This document shows positions 25,892 to 39,230 of a stretch of 64,000 nt of DNA, in pieces. The stretch spans positions 16,244,001 to 16,308,000 of the forward strand of contig NC_043009.1 of NCBI RefSeq assembly GCF_006345805.1, written 5' to 3'. The position numbers and the translations under genes were made by a program. The notes under the pieces are model-generated. The model was not told the DNA's origin and did not search any database. It worked only from the letters and a program-made list of their open reading frames with translations. Positions within the stretch are counted from its first letter, which is position 1. Each line of letters opens with the position of its first letter. The DNA is from Octopus sinensis (lineage: Eukaryota).

Positions 25892-26015
25892 TATAACCGT
25901 TAGTACGCATGCACAGCAAAGTACAAGTTCAATTTTAACCAAGCGGATTTACTCTACGTGCTTTAGCTTCGTTACTATGGCAACAATCCAGACATCTATT
26001 GATCAGGCTCGAATA

Positions 26016-26093
<78 letters not shown>

Positions 26094-26351
26094 GAAATAA
26101 TATTTTTAAGGCTCTCTAAATGAGAATACGGCAGTGGTACTGCATATTAATAGTTATCGCCAAGCTAAAATGGCGGTCCATGCAAATAGGACGAATGCTG
26201 CCGTAGATTTCCTCCAAGAGGCCATCGCCTCAAGCTAGCTATGTGACACACGAGCCTGTGTTCATTATAACCTTCGAACAGAGGAGGCCAGCCGCTTCCT
26301 CTTGCTGGTCTGGCAACTACAGACTAGTTTCAGGGTATTTGCCCCTTATCA

Positions 26352-26401
26352 AAGCAGATGGTACAGTTTCCACCATCTGGTGCAAACTGTACCATCTGCT
26401 T
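26352..26401. repeat. 50-nt near-perfect hairpin
   Basis: AAGCAGATGGTACAGTTT-C-CACC(ATCT)GGTG-C-AAACTGTACCATCTGCTT: 18 bp, one C-C mismatch, then 4 bp. Confidence 0.95.
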
Positions 26402-26532
26402 GCAATATATATCGGTGCAGATTGCATCTAATAACCAGGTGGAGGAGGCGACCTTTATGGGGTAAAAAGTAGCAGTAACGTCGGTTTCTACGGAACAGGT
26501 ATTTTCACGTAGTGATAAACATAACTATATAT

Positions 26533-26581
<49 letters not shown>

Positions 26582-26648
26582 TGTGTGTGTGTGTGTGTGT
26601 GTCTGTGTCTGTGTGTGTGTTTGTGTCTGTGTCTGTGTCTGTGTTTGC

Positions 26649-26679
<31 letters not shown>

Positions 26680-26916
26680 AGCTGCGATGAGTAAAATGTC
26701 GCCATTTATATTTTTTATTTAGCGCATGCTCATTGTTTCTTTTAGATTTTGCCGACTACACAGTATAGTAAGGCCAGTTAGGCACCATTTGTAAGAAAAA
26801 CAACACCTTGCCGTAATTTACACTTCTAGATATTTGGAACAACATGCTGCACTGCTTCAATACGAACATTTCAGATTGATTGTGTGTCAATCTGAGGACA
26901 GTGCAATCTGAGGACA

Positions 26917-27509
26917 TGTACCGAGAGTGATAAAAATCAAGCATCCAATCAACATCAGGGTGTTTGGAATGATCACTAGTCATGGCAACGTTATGCTTCC
27001 ATTCATCTTCCCACATGGCATCAGACTCAACAGAGAGGCCTACATCAAGTGTCTGGAGGAAGTAGTGCTGCCCTGGGTCAAGTGAGTTTGCTACTGGCAA
27101 CAGGACTCGGCACCATGCCACACAAGCAGGAGAACCTATTGATGACTGTCAGACAATTTCTCCGACCACGACACCCCTAACATCTGGCCAGCTAACTCCC
27201 CACACTGCAACCCCCTTCATTATTATGTGTGGTGCAGCTGAGCGAGAGACCAACAAAACTCTTTGTAACTGGAAGCAAGGATTATGGCAACATTCACCAA
27301 CTTAAACAAACACCATCCAGAAGACTTACAAAATATTCCGATGTCGTCTGGAGGCCGTGGTTGAAGCCAATGGTGATTTTATTGAATAAATATCATCTTT
27401 AGTATTACAAGATATTTTTATGTAATCTTGGTAAATATATCTGTTAAAATGAGATGTCAGTGTTATTGTCATTTCTGTGTAATTTAGACGACAGTTTATT
27501 CCCTACACG

Positions 27510-27512
<3 letters not shown>
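26917..27512 (+). mobile_element. Decayed Tc1/mariner (maT, DD37D-like) transposon, 3' half
   Basis: KHPINIRVFG...PFIFPHG...YIKCLEEVVLPWVK*...WQQDSAPCHTSRRT...IWPANSPHCNPLHYYVW with stops and deletions. Ends ...ACACGCTG|TA. Confidence 0.85.
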
Positions 27513-27559
<47 letters not shown>

Positions 27560-27610
27560 GTGTGTGTATGTAGGTATGTATGTATGTATGTATGTATGTA
27601 TGTATGTATG

Positions 27611-27684
<74 letters not shown>

Positions 27685-27747
27685 CTGATCTGTGATAGAA
27701 AATTCAACAAAAAATACTCCATCTGGTGAGAAATAAATATCGTTTAC

Positions 27748-27877
27748 TTAAAGGTCACAATACATGTATTAAAGCGCTACTAATATTTTCATATGTGGTT
27801 TGCACCTGAAGAATATGGTCGAGTTTTCGCAACTTATGGAACTATTAGCGCTTTAATATATGTTATGTGAACTTTAA
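27748..27877. repeat. Short fold-back (arms ~45-50 bp)
   Basis: TTAAAGGTCACAATACATGTATTAAAGCGCTA pairs with TAGCGCTTTAATATATGTTATGTGAACTTTAA. The spacer contains CTGAAGA (27806-27812). Confidence 0.8.
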
Positions 27878-29013
27878 ATATAATATATCAATGAAAGGAA
27901 TTCCAACTTTGATTCTCGCGTTTTATTTAGAATCTTGTAATAATATATTATAAGATAAGATAATATAATGAAATGATAGAATATTAAATGTTCATTCTTG
28001 TTGAACTAGTACTTTCATACATTAAACTATGCAATCTTCCGGTACATATTAGTAGTTTTACAATTTACAACTGTAGTGAGATGGCTAAAATGTGTGCCTT
28101 AAATACATTTGTATTGGCTCCAGAAAGTTAAGTGTTTCAAACTGTATTCTGACCAATCAGCATGTGGCTTCATTAAATTACTTAAGTTGATTGGTGTTTG
28201 GTTTAGGTGTCACGGTTTGTTGAACATGTCAAGAGACCTGTATTCTGACTCTGGCAAAAGCAGTAATTGTTTGGCGATCTTAAGAAATGTTGTAAACAAC
28301 ATTTCCCAGGGATTTTTACATTTCAGTTACCCTCATCACCATTATCATCACCTTTATCATTGTTGTCGTTGTTGCTGGTGGTGGTGGTAGAAGTAGCGGT
28401 GGTAATAGAACCTTAAACCCTAAATAACCTTATTTTTACTGACTTAGCTAGTATTTTCCTGCTATCGTCATCATGAGAACCTTTCGTATTGTTGTTGTTG
28501 TTAGTCGTAGTGGCCGTAGTAGTAGAAATAGTACCTTAAAGTATTATTATTATTGTTGTTGTTGTTTATTTAGCTTGGGTTTGAATTTATCAATAAAGTT
28601 CTCTTCACTGATTCTTATCTCGATTTGGAAATAATGGAAATATTATAAATATTTTCCGACCACATGTTGTCAAATAGTTACTCAAAGTATCTAGTGGACA
28701 TCTTGGTCTCTGATTTGCTGTCGGCGCACACGTGAACGCTATTGATAGTGTATTTGCAATGTAACCCAAATATACTTCTTCACAATTCAGTCATTTGATG
28801 CAGCAAATAAAATTTCTGCTTTTGTAGTTCATATTTACGTTTGTGTGCGCGCGCATGCGCACACACACACACATACACACACGTTAGATGCAATAAAAGC
28901 TGAAATATAATCGTGTGGTATAAATAATAATATAAACACAAAGAGGGAATGACAAAACTAAAAGAAATTGAGCCAAAATGAATATATGTACATATATAGA
29001 CAGACAGACATAC

Positions 29014-29078
<65 letters not shown>

Positions 29079-29092
29079 CATACATACATAGA

Positions 29093-29131
<39 letters not shown>

Positions 29132-29165
29132 GCAGGCAGGCAGACAGACAGACAGACAGACAGAC

Positions 29166-29241
<76 letters not shown>

Positions 29242-30237
29242 TAGTTTCAGGATTCGTCAGAATTGAGGCGCAACAACACGTAAGGCGCCAGAAATGGCTA
29301 GGTACAGTAACAGAGGTTTCACAGTGAGGTAAACCAACCGCATAGGTACCAAATGTTGGAAGGATATTGTAGATATGTAAGTATCAAATCCAATCTAAAC
29401 CGTGGATACGACTCGGAGCTGATTCTAGGCGTGACATAAGTATCAAAAGGGACACATGGGGATATAAATTTTTTTTTCAACAGTTGTTTCGGTAGTAATT
29501 TGTTTATATATTCATATATTACATCATAGCATATAATCGACCATTCTCAGGTAAAATTTAAACAGGTATAAAAAGATGAGATAATACCTTGATGACGACG
29601 GATTTAACCACCAATTTGGCATAAGCGATATTTTAAAAAATAACTCTATTATCGAAAGTGTTTATACCGGTTTAAAATCTGAACTGAAGATGGTGGATTA
29701 TATACCATGATGTAGTCATGAATACATCAATAAAATTGTACTGAAAGAACAGTCATATATTTCAATCCCCAGCTGAGTTATATATATATATATCATTCAA
29801 CCACGGCAGTGGTTCAATATATTCTTAAGTCCACCATTTCCTCAAGTACGAAAGCATCCAAGTTTCACCACTAATTCAGTTCTCAACTAAATTGTAGACT
29901 GGTGATTGTTTTAAAGAGGTCACCTCCTCAGTATAAATGGTTTGGCATAAATAGTTTGAGATTTGGTTCTGTAGAAAAAGTTACATCAAAATATGTCAGA
30001 CATCGAGGCAGATATTTATCTTCAATTAACATAAATTAAAATAATACTTTTCTTATGCTTAAATAATAGAAAAATGCATGAGGAATTCAGAATCGTTAGT
30101 CGCATTGAACAAACATTAGTAGAAAAACAGTTATGAGGTAGAATGATACGGAATGTAATGTAAGTGAGGAAGTAAGAAGTAACGCTGAAGCAATAAGAAT
30201 AAAGAATATATTTCTAAAATGAAGGCTTGCTTTCTGA

Positions 30238-30545
30238 GGTGGCGAGCTGGCAGCTAACGTTAGCGAATCGGACGAAATTCTTAACGGTATTTCGTCTGTT
30301 TTTTTATGTTTTGAGTTCAAATTTCACTGCAGTTGACTTTGACATACAGATTATTCAAACTTTTTTTTTTTTTAACTTAGCACTTTCAAACTTCTGAAAC
30401 AGGTAGAATGTGTCACATAGAACAGGGTTTATTCTTAACGTTTTTGACAAAGTTTTGTATTTTAGAAGCGGTATTTCGTCTGTCTTTACGTTCTGAGTTC
30501 AAATTCCGCCGAGGTCGACTTTGCCTTTCATCCATTTCAGATCTA
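30238..30545 (+). mobile_element. Two SINE family A fragments (30238-30345, 30467-30545)
   Basis: GGTGGCGAGCTGGCAG...GAGTTCAAAT and GCGGTATTTCGTCTG...GTCGACTTTGCCTTTCATCC. Confidence 0.8.
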
Positions 30546-30950
30546 TTCAATTAGACGTACAGATTATTTAATTATTTTTTTAACTAAACACGTTCCCCCC
30601 CCCCATCCCCGAACGGTTGGAAATGTTCTCGATGAATGAATTCCTATGACCTCCAAATATTGCAAAATTAGGTTTACTTAAGGTGATGGTTTTGGGGTCT
30701 TGTTGTTTGTAAACTTTGGGTGAGCCATAGTGCAACCAACAGCATGGTAAAAATCCCTGCCATTAATTTGGTGTGGATGGGTAATATCAAATAATTCAAT
30801 CACAACATGTATTTAAATTAAATATGAAAAAAATTGAAGTTTTATCATCATTGAAATATAATCTTTCAGTATTTTATAAGGTAAAATCTTAAATTATTAA
30901 TTGACACATTAGTAATTATCTTATAACAGCAATGCCTGGAAAAATCATGG

Positions 30951-31429
30951 ATTACATGGTAAAATGCGAGCATGAAAAGTCATGAAGATTATAAACCTGG
31001 AAAAGTACAGGATAAGTTATTACACCTGGAAAAGTATAGGACAAGCTATTCTAGTAATATTTACTTAAAATATTGCAGCTAAAATTAAAATTTGAATATT
31101 AAAACTTTATATTTTACAAATAACACTATACTTATTTAAGTAGAAATTTGGTTAATTTACTACCTTAAATACAGAAAAAAAGTGACTAATTAGACAAACT
31201 TACAAATTAGCTAACAGTTTTGTACAATAAATTTAGAAGATGAAAACTGTAAAGAATGATAAATTAGAAGAACTGGCATCCTTTGCTGCAATATTTGAAG
31301 TAAAAAGTTTCTTATTCTTTACTTTACTAGAAGTAATAGCTTGCCCTTTACTTTTGTAGGTGTAATAACTTGTCCCAGGTCTATAATCTTAAGAATATGA
31401 CTTTTCATGCTCGCATTTCTCCATGTAAT
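30951..31429. mobile_element. MITE-like element with ~105-bp terminal inverted repeats
   Basis: ATTACATGGTAAAATGCGAGCATGAAAAGTCAT... pairs with ...ATGACTTTTCATGCTCGCATTTCTCCATGTAAT. Repeated CCTGGAAAA motifs on the left side, AT-rich ~260-bp spacer. Confidence 0.7.
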
Positions 31430-31857
31430 ATATATATATATATTCCTTCCCATGACTTTCATATTCTATGTTCCTGCCATAAGGCTTCACTTCCATACAC
31501 GCCAGCTTAATTTAATTCGTCCTTAGTCGAAAGACACCTGTTGATAATATCCTGCTGTTTCTATTTGTAATTGTGTAGCATTTCTGTTTTTTTTTTACGT
31601 CCTTGTTTTCGTATACATTCGCTTGCTTTCTTCAAAAGAATCTAATGCTCTTAGATTAGATTTTCACGAGAGTAACCGGCCGAAACTGCAAAGACGATCT
31701 AGTACTTGACTGAAAATTGAAAGTTTCGAATGACCCGTCCTTGGTTTTTCCTGTCCTTTTTTTATCGTGTAAGTGTCCGAATGTTATGTTGTCGCCTGTT
31801 GCGTTCTTATTCCAGTTTTGTTTTGTTTTACACACACACGCACACACACACACACAA

Positions 31858-31929
<72 letters not shown>

Positions 31930-31952
31930 GTATTATGTATGTATTATGTATG

Positions 31953-31983
<31 letters not shown>

Positions 31984-31991
31984 TATGTATG

Positions 31992-32022
<31 letters not shown>

Positions 32023-33259
32023 CTATACATATAGTAGAAATAATGGATGGATACGGAAAATAGAGTATACTGAAAACTTTATTTGCTGCAACGATCGTTT
32101 TCACACATCCTGCACCGCTCCCTCGTGGGTGGGGAACTATACAATGAATTACAGTGCACTCCACAGTGCAGAAGCATCTCTTCCGGAGATGCAACTAATT
32201 TTCTCGTTACATAAATGATGCCTTGCTCTTAAACTTAACTTGAGCATGCTGATAGTTGTTTCTTAAAAAAAAAAGAATTTAATAAAGTCAGCAGAGACAC
32301 TCAACCTCATTGGCGGACTTTATGTGGAAATTAAAATCGGATAGTAATAAATCACGTTCGACCGTATAACGGGCTTTGCAGGAGGTGCGGACTATGCTCA
32401 GAAGAATCTCTCTCCATTTCATTAAGAGAAAGAGTTATTAACAAACTATCGGGAAAAAAACACGTTGCATGCATGCTAGGAGATGCACATTCACCCATTA
32501 CAAGTATAATTCAGCACCATCACAGTCTAAATTAACATACATAGATTACCTGGATTTCTGGAAAGGAAACCTCAACACCTCTACCACCACCACCGGAATA
32601 TATGGTGTGATATAGCATCACCAAGTACTCCAAGAAACTACAATATAGTATGGTACCTTTTTGTTTACTTCCCTGTTCAAACACTTATGTCTATCTCTAA
32701 ATACCACCTTCCAGCTGATGGTTACACCACCACCTACGCCTTGTATCCACCGTCCTACATAATCATGTACTTTGTCCTTATATTCTGATTTTAGTGACGA
32801 ACACAACACCTACGATACAGGTGTAAGTGTCCAGCATATGCCTATGGCTGTCCCTGCATTACGCTTCTCTTGGGGACGTTCTCCACACCACCACGATCAC
32901 AAAGTCATAGGATACTTCCGTACTGACCTTGAGGGTTTTCATTGAAAAATATCACCTAATAAAGACCTAAGCCTATCAACACTCATAGACTAGCTGCACC
33001 AGAAATTTAATTAATGACTGTCTGCATACCAAAATTATTAGGGGCTCCTCTGAGAACCTACATACATGAACAGACTACTTGATCTGCACATTTGCTAAAC
33101 GCATATAATTATCACTTTATTAATACTGTTGTATGTTCTGTTGTCTTACTGTTTCATTGTTTCATCCAACTGCAGTATTTCACTGGACACACCGCAGAAA
33201 GTAACCCGATCCGAAAGCGTAGACATACGTAGGTTGATTAATATATATATATATATATG

Positions 33260-33292
<33 letters not shown>

Positions 33293-33360
33293 TGAAGGAA
33301 TATTATTCCTAACTTACAGGGAAAAATTCAATTTAGAAATACTAAATCAAATTTCACAAA

Positions 33361-34033
<673 letters not shown>

Positions 34034-34496
34034 ACATATATATGTATATGTATATATACGCGTAGGTGAGTCTATATAAATGTATGTATGTATGTATGTA
34101 TGTGCGGGTCTACGTGCATCGTTATATATGTCTGGATATATGCATATTGCTATCCGTGTCCTTCATACATAAGTGCATCAGTATGTGGGCGTGTATGGTG
34201 TGTGCGTCTCTCCACACAAATACATGTGCATATATGCATGAACACAGGGCCGAAAGTGCACATAGTCACATCCAGTAGACGACTATGGGCGTATGTGTGT
34301 ATGTACAAATGTGTATGTAAGCGTTGTCGTTGTACTAGTATTAGTGAGTACTCGCATAACCATTAACGCACGAACGGGCATATGTGCGTATATGCCCTCA
34401 GGTGTGCACATATATGTGTGTCTGTATGTGTGAGTGTATGCATTTGTCTGATGTATTTATACGCATCTATGAGCCTGATAATGTGTGTGTGTGTGT

Positions 34497-34543
<47 letters not shown>

Positions 34544-34546
<3 letters not shown>

Positions 34547-34860
34547 AATACAAAGAATAACGAAAGATAAGGCATACAATATATTAAAAAAAGACACTCT
34601 ATAAACTATGTCAGAATCCGCTTGGCTCTTCTGTAAAATAGCTGCAGGTAATAAATCCTTTGATAGTTGGCCATCTTTTTTAAGCGTGACGGTGTGAGCT
34701 TGAACTGGTTCGGGATGTTGGTAAGGTCATATTTGGAACTCATCAATATCCCAACATATCCCTATATACACATACATGTATATACGCACGTGCGCGGTTC
34801 CACATACATACACAGACTCATCAGTCTATACATATGTATGTTATGTTTGTATCTGCTACA

Positions 34861-34891
<31 letters not shown>

Positions 34892-35179
34892 GTATAGACT
34901 GATGAGTCTGTGTATGTATGTGGAACCGCGCACGTGCGTGTATACATGTATGTGTATATAGGGATATGTTGGGATATTGATGTGTTCCAAATATGACCTT
35001 ACCAACATCCCGAACCAGTTCTAGCTCACACCGTCACGCTTAAAAAAGATGGCCAACTATCAAAGGATTTATTGCCAGCAGCTAGTTTACAGAAGAGCCA
35101 AACAGATTCTGACACAGTTTATAGAGTGTCTTATTTTAATTTATTGTATGCCTTGTCTTTCCTTATTCTTTGCATTGTA
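34544..35179. repeat. ~635-bp fold-back with ~295-bp arms
   Basis: 34544-34841 is the reverse complement of 34882-35179, with a 40-nt (TACA)n-rich spacer. Confidence 0.97.
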
Positions 35180-35626
35180 TTTTTTCTTAATTACTTCTTG
35201 TTTGTATCCCCAGCTGAATAATTTCATCTATTCTTTTCTATTCCTCATTCCTCCTCAATTTATTTTAGATACGACTACTATCAGCATGTTCTAGTTAAGT
35301 TTAAGAGCGAAATATCAACTTATGTTACGAGAAACTCACTTGCATCGTGATGCTTCTGCAGTGTGGAGAGTACTGAAATTCATTGTGTAGTTTTCCACCC
35401 ACGAAGGAGTAGTGCAGGATGTGTAAAAACGATCGTTGCGATAAATAGTTTCCAGTATACTCTATCTTCCGTATCCACTTTCTCTTCTATACTCAACGCA
35501 CACTGAGGAACTTCTAACGAAGATCGAGTAACGATTGTGCAATTACCAATAATGACGACAAGTAGCGATAAGCAGTGAACGCGCATACTGCTAGGAACAC
35601 ACCCAAAACGCAGTTTCATTTTTTAA

Positions 35627-36031
35627 TCTCTCTATATATAAAAAGCTGAAGTTGTCTGTGTATGGCAGGTTTGGTAGCCTTCAACTAATACTATCTCCTC
35701 CGAGACCCTGCAGCGCAAGTTAACCAAAATTAAGAGTATGACAGAAGAAGGCTTGCTCTTCCAAGAAAAAAAGAAAAAAATTCAAAAAATTCAAATCGGA
35801 TCATGCTAACACCAGAAATTATTTACATAAAAAAGGTGTTTTTTTTTTTATGAAAATCCCTATTATTTACGATTTTTTGACTGCTGTGTCGCCATTTTTC
35901 GGTGTATTTCAACCAGAAAAATGTTCACTTAAACAGAATAACAAGCTACATAATGCAAAATTTATACTTTTCAAAAATTCCAATTCTAAAGGGTCGAAAC
36001 AAACCCGAGCAACGCCGAGCGATACTGCTAG
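35627..36031 (+). mobile_element. Non-autonomous Helitron
   Basis: A|TCTCTCTATATATAAAAGCTGAAG 5' end, subterminal GC hairpin CCCGAGCAACGCCGAG, CTAG|T 3' end. Inserted at AT, no TSD. Confidence 0.85.
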
Positions 36032-36065
36032 TTTAAATCTAAACTTTAATTTTAACTTATATAGT

Positions 36066-36487
36066 CTTTTACTCTTTTACTCTTTTACTCTTTTACTTGT
36101 TTCAGTCATTTGACTGCGGCCATGCTGGAGCACCGCCTTTAGTCGAGCATATCGACCCCGGGACTTATTCTTTGTAAGCCCAGTACTTATTCTATCGATC
36201 TCTTTTTGCCGAACCGCTAAGTGACGGGGACGTAAACACACCAGCATCGGTTGTCAAGCGATGGTGGGGGGACAAAAACAGACACACAAACATATACACA
36301 CATATACATATATATATATATATACATATATTCGACAGGCTTTCAGTTTCCGTCTACCAAATCCACTCACAAGGCATTGGTCGGCCCGAGGCTATAGCAG
36401 AAGACACTTGCCCAAGATGCCACGCAGTGGGACTGAACCCGGAACCATGTGGTTGGTAAGCAAGCTACATACCACACAGCCACTCCT
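36066..36487 (-). mobile_element. tRNA-derived SINE family B, near full length
   Basis: Pol III box-like head, internal (TA/CA)n and (GAGTAAAA)n tail; matches 61667-62090. Confidence 0.92.
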
Positions 36488-36859
36488 ACAAGTTTTTATT
36501 TTATGAACCACACCAAGTCGAATCAATAATATATTATTTGCTGGTCTTTCACCAAATCTCTAAACTCTCAGCTTTCCACTCATCCGTAATTGTAGCCCGT
36601 TAAAACTTTAGGAAATGCTGTAAATATTACAAGTTTTCTTTTTAAAATAATATTGTCGTACTTCAGTTGTTTTTATCGTAGCAACAAATATTCAATAGCT
36701 GTCTGCAAATGAATTCCCAGAGCGATATTTTATCTTAACGTTTAAATCACATATATTTCGCCTATTAATTGAGGATCTTGGGAACACTCACTTTTTTTAT
36801 TAGTGTTTTTTTATTACAGTGTTTTATTACAGACAGACAGACAGATAGCTAGCTAGCTG

Positions 36860-36907
<48 letters not shown>

Positions 36908-36908
36908 T

Positions 36909-36977
<69 letters not shown>

Positions 36978-36982
36978 CAGAC

Positions 36983-37057
<75 letters not shown>

Positions 37058-37059
37058 AT

Positions 37060-37140
<81 letters not shown>

Positions 37141-37511
37141 CTATAGATATATGCTTACGAGCCAAGACTATTTCATTGTAATTTCTTTAATTTAAGTAAT
37201 ATTTACTACGGCTGACCGGGCCACACGCATAGTCCCAAGTCTGCTGACTTTAAACAAGCCAAGACTACGCCGTTATATTCTACTAATTCTTTCCAGTTGC
37301 AACTTCGAATTTATATATTATATGCATGTGTATGGTGGGGGGCGATGGAAATTTCTAAAAAAGACTGCGTGCTTATAGTGATAAATTATATGGTTATTGA
37401 CAATTAAGTCTATTTTCGGCATATCTGGCATTGGAATGTTTTTCTTTTGCCCTTGTTTATAAGTTGTATATATACATATATATATAAGTGTGTGTGTATG
37501 TGTGTGTGTAG

Positions 37512-37582
<71 letters not shown>

Positions 37583-37833
37583 TATATAGATATATACATA
37601 TATATATATATATATATATGTAGGTCCCGGGTTGATTCGGGGTTAACCACAGTAAGTAAGGTACTCAATACATAGATTTCTCTTGAATGAAACAGTACTA
37701 GTCCTGTAGAAGCTCCTTCTATATAATAAATATATATATATATATATATAATATATACATATATATATGTATATATATATATAAATATATATATATAAAT
37801 ATGTATATATATATATATACATATAATATATAC

Positions 37834-37873
<40 letters not shown>

Positions 37874-37892
37874 GAGTGTGTGTATGTGGTGT

Positions 37893-38108
37893 GTGTATGT
37901 TTGTGTGTCTGTGTTTGTCCCCCTAGCATTGCTTGACAACCGATGCTGGTGTATTTATGTCCCCGTCACTTTGCGATTCGGCAAAAGAGACTGACAGAAT
38001 AAGTACTAGGCTTACAAAGAATAAGTTCCGGGGCCAACTAAAGGCGGTGCGACAGCATGGCCGCAGTCAAATGACTTAAACAAGTCAAAGAGTAAAAGAG
38101 TAAAAGAG
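37893..38108 (+). mobile_element. SINE family B, 3' half
   Basis: TTTGTCCCCC...GACAACCGATGCTGG...CAGCATGGCCGCAGTCAAATGAC...GAGTAAAAGAG. Confidence 0.9.
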
Positions 38109-39230
38109 ACATTTTAGAAGTAATCCAAAAGAGAAAAAGGATATTTTAGAAATTTTAGACATCTGATCAAAGCTTCTACAGTGACATTGCACTGTTTCTT
38201 TGCAAAAGAAATACTTTCCTCTCAAAGTATTATTGTTCTGCATTCCCACAAATTGGTGCCAGTGTGTTACACAGTTCAAGGCATTAAACAGCAGGAACAA
38301 CGTGTAATTAACCTGTGTTTCAGTAGTTTGATAGCAATAAGTTAACATTTTTGCATGGAGAGTAGTTGCTTGCTGTTGGCACACCGACGACTTTTTCTGA
38401 GTTTTAGCAACAATCAATCCCAATCAATGCTTTTATATTCATACGTAACAATCAGCTCGTCATACAAATGTTAGAAACAAGTCAGCCTCTGGCTATCTCT
38501 CCTGGAACGGCATTGCTTCTATCAAGTGTTCACATTAAATTCACTTCTAAGACTATGTTTACCTCTTGAATACCAAAAAAGCAGTTTTAGCCTAAGGTAG
38601 TATCTCTTTCATGAAATAGCCAAAATCAGTCCAAAGTTAGAATATTGTGCCAGCAGAATTACTTCTTTTTTTTATAACTCCTCCGCAGAGTTTTAAAATT
38701 TCATTCCATTCTTTGGTCGTATTGTCTCATCAAGCTAACTTTTTTTCTAAGTTTATTATGCCATTTTCTCTATTAATGAATGATGATATTTATTCAGCTC
38801 GGTTTTCCACTCTCTATTTTCTATGCTCAGCATCAAGAAATACCACCCTCTCTCGATTATTATCCCAGTTTTTTTCCGTTCTACTGTCCTGGTTATCACA
38901 CTATCTAAACCAGATAACCAACACTAGTGATATAATAGATAATAACACGACTGCGACTCTAATTTACAATCCAATAATGAATCTGCTAACAGCCTCAAGC
39001 AAACAATTAAAATAATTTCAGATAACAAATATCAGCTGATGTTCCTGGAAAACAGGATGTATGTCCTCAACATATCCGTGAAGAATTTCCATTTTCTGTT
39101 GAAACAATATTTATTATTTAACACAATAACATCATTGAGGAACGTGTGATTATCACAAATTTCATTTCTCACAGGCTTGATATTTAATTAAGAAACGTTC
39201 ATATTTCCGAGTAAACACAAAAATATTATA

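Noticed and set aside
29255-29285. Minus-strand CTGACGA-ATCCT-GAAA
   Set aside because: No stem II, mismatched stem III and no stem I.
32330-33230. Possible decayed LINE or PLE body
   Set aside because: No convincing motif in any frame I could read.
34889-34950. CTGATGA in both arms of the large palindrome as a hammerhead
   Set aside because: No pairable stem II, GAAC instead of GAAA, and no stem I.
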